DNA of 64,000 bases. It comes from Selaginella moellendorffii. Its lineage: Eukaryota > Plantae > Lycopodiophyta. The notes under the pieces are model-generated. The model ran no database searches. It was not told the DNA's origin and saw only the letters and a program-made list of their open reading frames with translations. Below, in pieces: positions 62,366 through 64,000 of this stretch (position 1 is its first letter; the number at the start of each line of letters is the position of its first letter). The position numbers were made by a program, and so were the translations under genes. The stretch is taken from NCBI RefSeq assembly GCF_000143415.4, contig NW_003314315.1, positions 1,053,514 to 1,117,513 on the forward strand, written 5' to 3'.

Positions 62366-64000
62366 CGCAGTTCAATCTTAAGTTTGTGCGTCGAGGTACG
62401 TCCCTTCGCAGGAACTTGGTGAAGAAAACAGTGTTTTTTTCAGCTTCGTTCAATGGGGAGCTCTTCGCGGCACATATTTTTTCCCTTTGCCTGGATGAAC
62501 ACTACAGGCAAGGTACTCTTGAGATGCTCACAGCATCCTGACGATTGGTTCCTTTCATCTTTTTTGTCGCTGAATCAGAAGATAGGGACATTTGAAAACG
62601 CAACGCAAGCACCGTAACGTAACTATGCTCTTTCCGAGCAAAGTTTGTTCGTGCTTCCAAGGCCTGCGCAATGGCATCTTCCGCTGCCAAGGCTACAAAA
62701 GCTTTTCCCGGTGCCAGCGGAATTGAACGAGTCTGAATATGCTAGAGGTACGTTACTTTTTTACATCTCTTCACAATAGACTCGGTCAGTTCTTCATTTT
62801 TGTTTCTTTCGTTTCTCTTTTGAAACATCTTCTCCGCTCGGAGGTACCACCTGTAGGCAATGATGGTGTTGATATGAACCCCGAATGCGTGAATGCTAAA
62901 GTTCTAGTGATGTGTCTATCTTAGCTGGCTGCAGGGCTGAATTCATGAGCGTTCGGTATCTGTGACACCCCCAAGTACGCAGTATGTATCCGCTGATAGT
63001 TAACTACCTGATAAAACTGTTTTGTGTTTTGTGCAGAGAGCTCGCGAAGGTTTGTCAACGAGAGAAATATCCCTGTTGCCTGAATATTTTTTGAATTTCT
63101 CTGGGGGAGCTAGCTTGTTTGGTCGGCTGTGCAGCTCGTCGTAAGCATTGCGATTGTAGAACACTGGAGGCTTGTATCGATGCCTTTAACTTGTGACGGT
63201 ACCGTTCTTTCGATATTGTTTAAGTTGATATCCTTACGGGTCTTTGAATTTGTTCTTGGCGAGAGCTCAAACGACGTCTTCATTTCGACAACCACGCAAG
63301 TACAGTATCTACAGCGGGTGTCCGAAAACAACGGAGCAATGAGCAACAAAGACAGATGAGTCTACTTGCAGTGTCTTCCTAAATTCTTTCCTTCCCAGGT
63401 GAGGCTAGGCAGCAACAAGGCGTGAAGGGGAAATGGTCCTCCTAAGACAGCTGAGTTTGTATTTAACTCTTTGGCGGGACTGCGGACTGGAGGGATTTAC
63501 AAGCAGGACTATAGCGTGCATTGTACAGCAACATGTGGAGGATGACGAGACGACTGAGAGCGTTGATACAACTTTAGGAGACGGAGGATTTGGAACTTTG
63601 GCGTTGTAGAAGGTACGAACCATTTCTCTTTATTTTTTTCTATCTCTCTTCTGTGAAACTTTTTTCTTTCTTTCTTCTTTCTTTTGTTTGTAGGCTGTTC
63701 GCGAATGATGCTGTCAAGTGCATGGTGTGCCCAAGTTTACGCGAATTGAGCAAGAGGGAGTGATACGGAAGGTGACATCGAGCTCGACGGGTGTCGTGCC
63801 ATTCAAGGGGGAAAGCGAGCACAAGCAAGTTGCAAGAATGTCGCTCACATCGTGACAGCAGTCGCCAGGCTGAGCTCCTGGCAAGAGGCAAGCGAGAGCC
63901 GATAGCAAATTGCAATTGCGTCCTGGTGCTGGTGGTGGTGGTAGTGCTGCTGGAGGCGGAAGAAACTGAGCTCGACAAACAGCCATCAGAGTGACTGTCA

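Overview
Eukaryotic land-plant DNA; short introns, GC-rich compact genes and the PLS-PPR style suggest the lycophyte Selaginella (inference). Bases 1-46230 are a transposon nest; 47.6-59.1 kb is a compact host gene cluster. The nest holds a decayed Ty3/gypsy pol; two non-coding LTR elements of one family (A: 606-8419 minus, 33678-46159 plus); a second long-LTR family (B) carrying a captured SCAPER-like host gene fragment; three 5S-rRNA-bearing Cassandra-type TRIM insertions; and a young chromovirus (38266-43867) with a self-priming PBS and a GGGAAAC -1 frameshift. The most novel item is partial copies of a large DNA transposon (about 10.4-16.5 kb and 20.1-26.0 kb). It pairs a Cys/His-rich, MULE-like transposase remnant with a divergently oriented, spliced gene encoding a ParB-like domain (VIDGNH) fused to a beta-class DNA amino-methyltransferase (IDFIFFDLPDG ... 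VLDATAGFG ... IGRA.FALE). An array of six 26-bp palindromes lies between the two genes. Host genes: an intronless bacterial-type flavin monooxygenase, an OXS3-like gene, a PLS-class PPR and a GRF transcription factor. All family assignments come from manual motif recognition; no searches were run.
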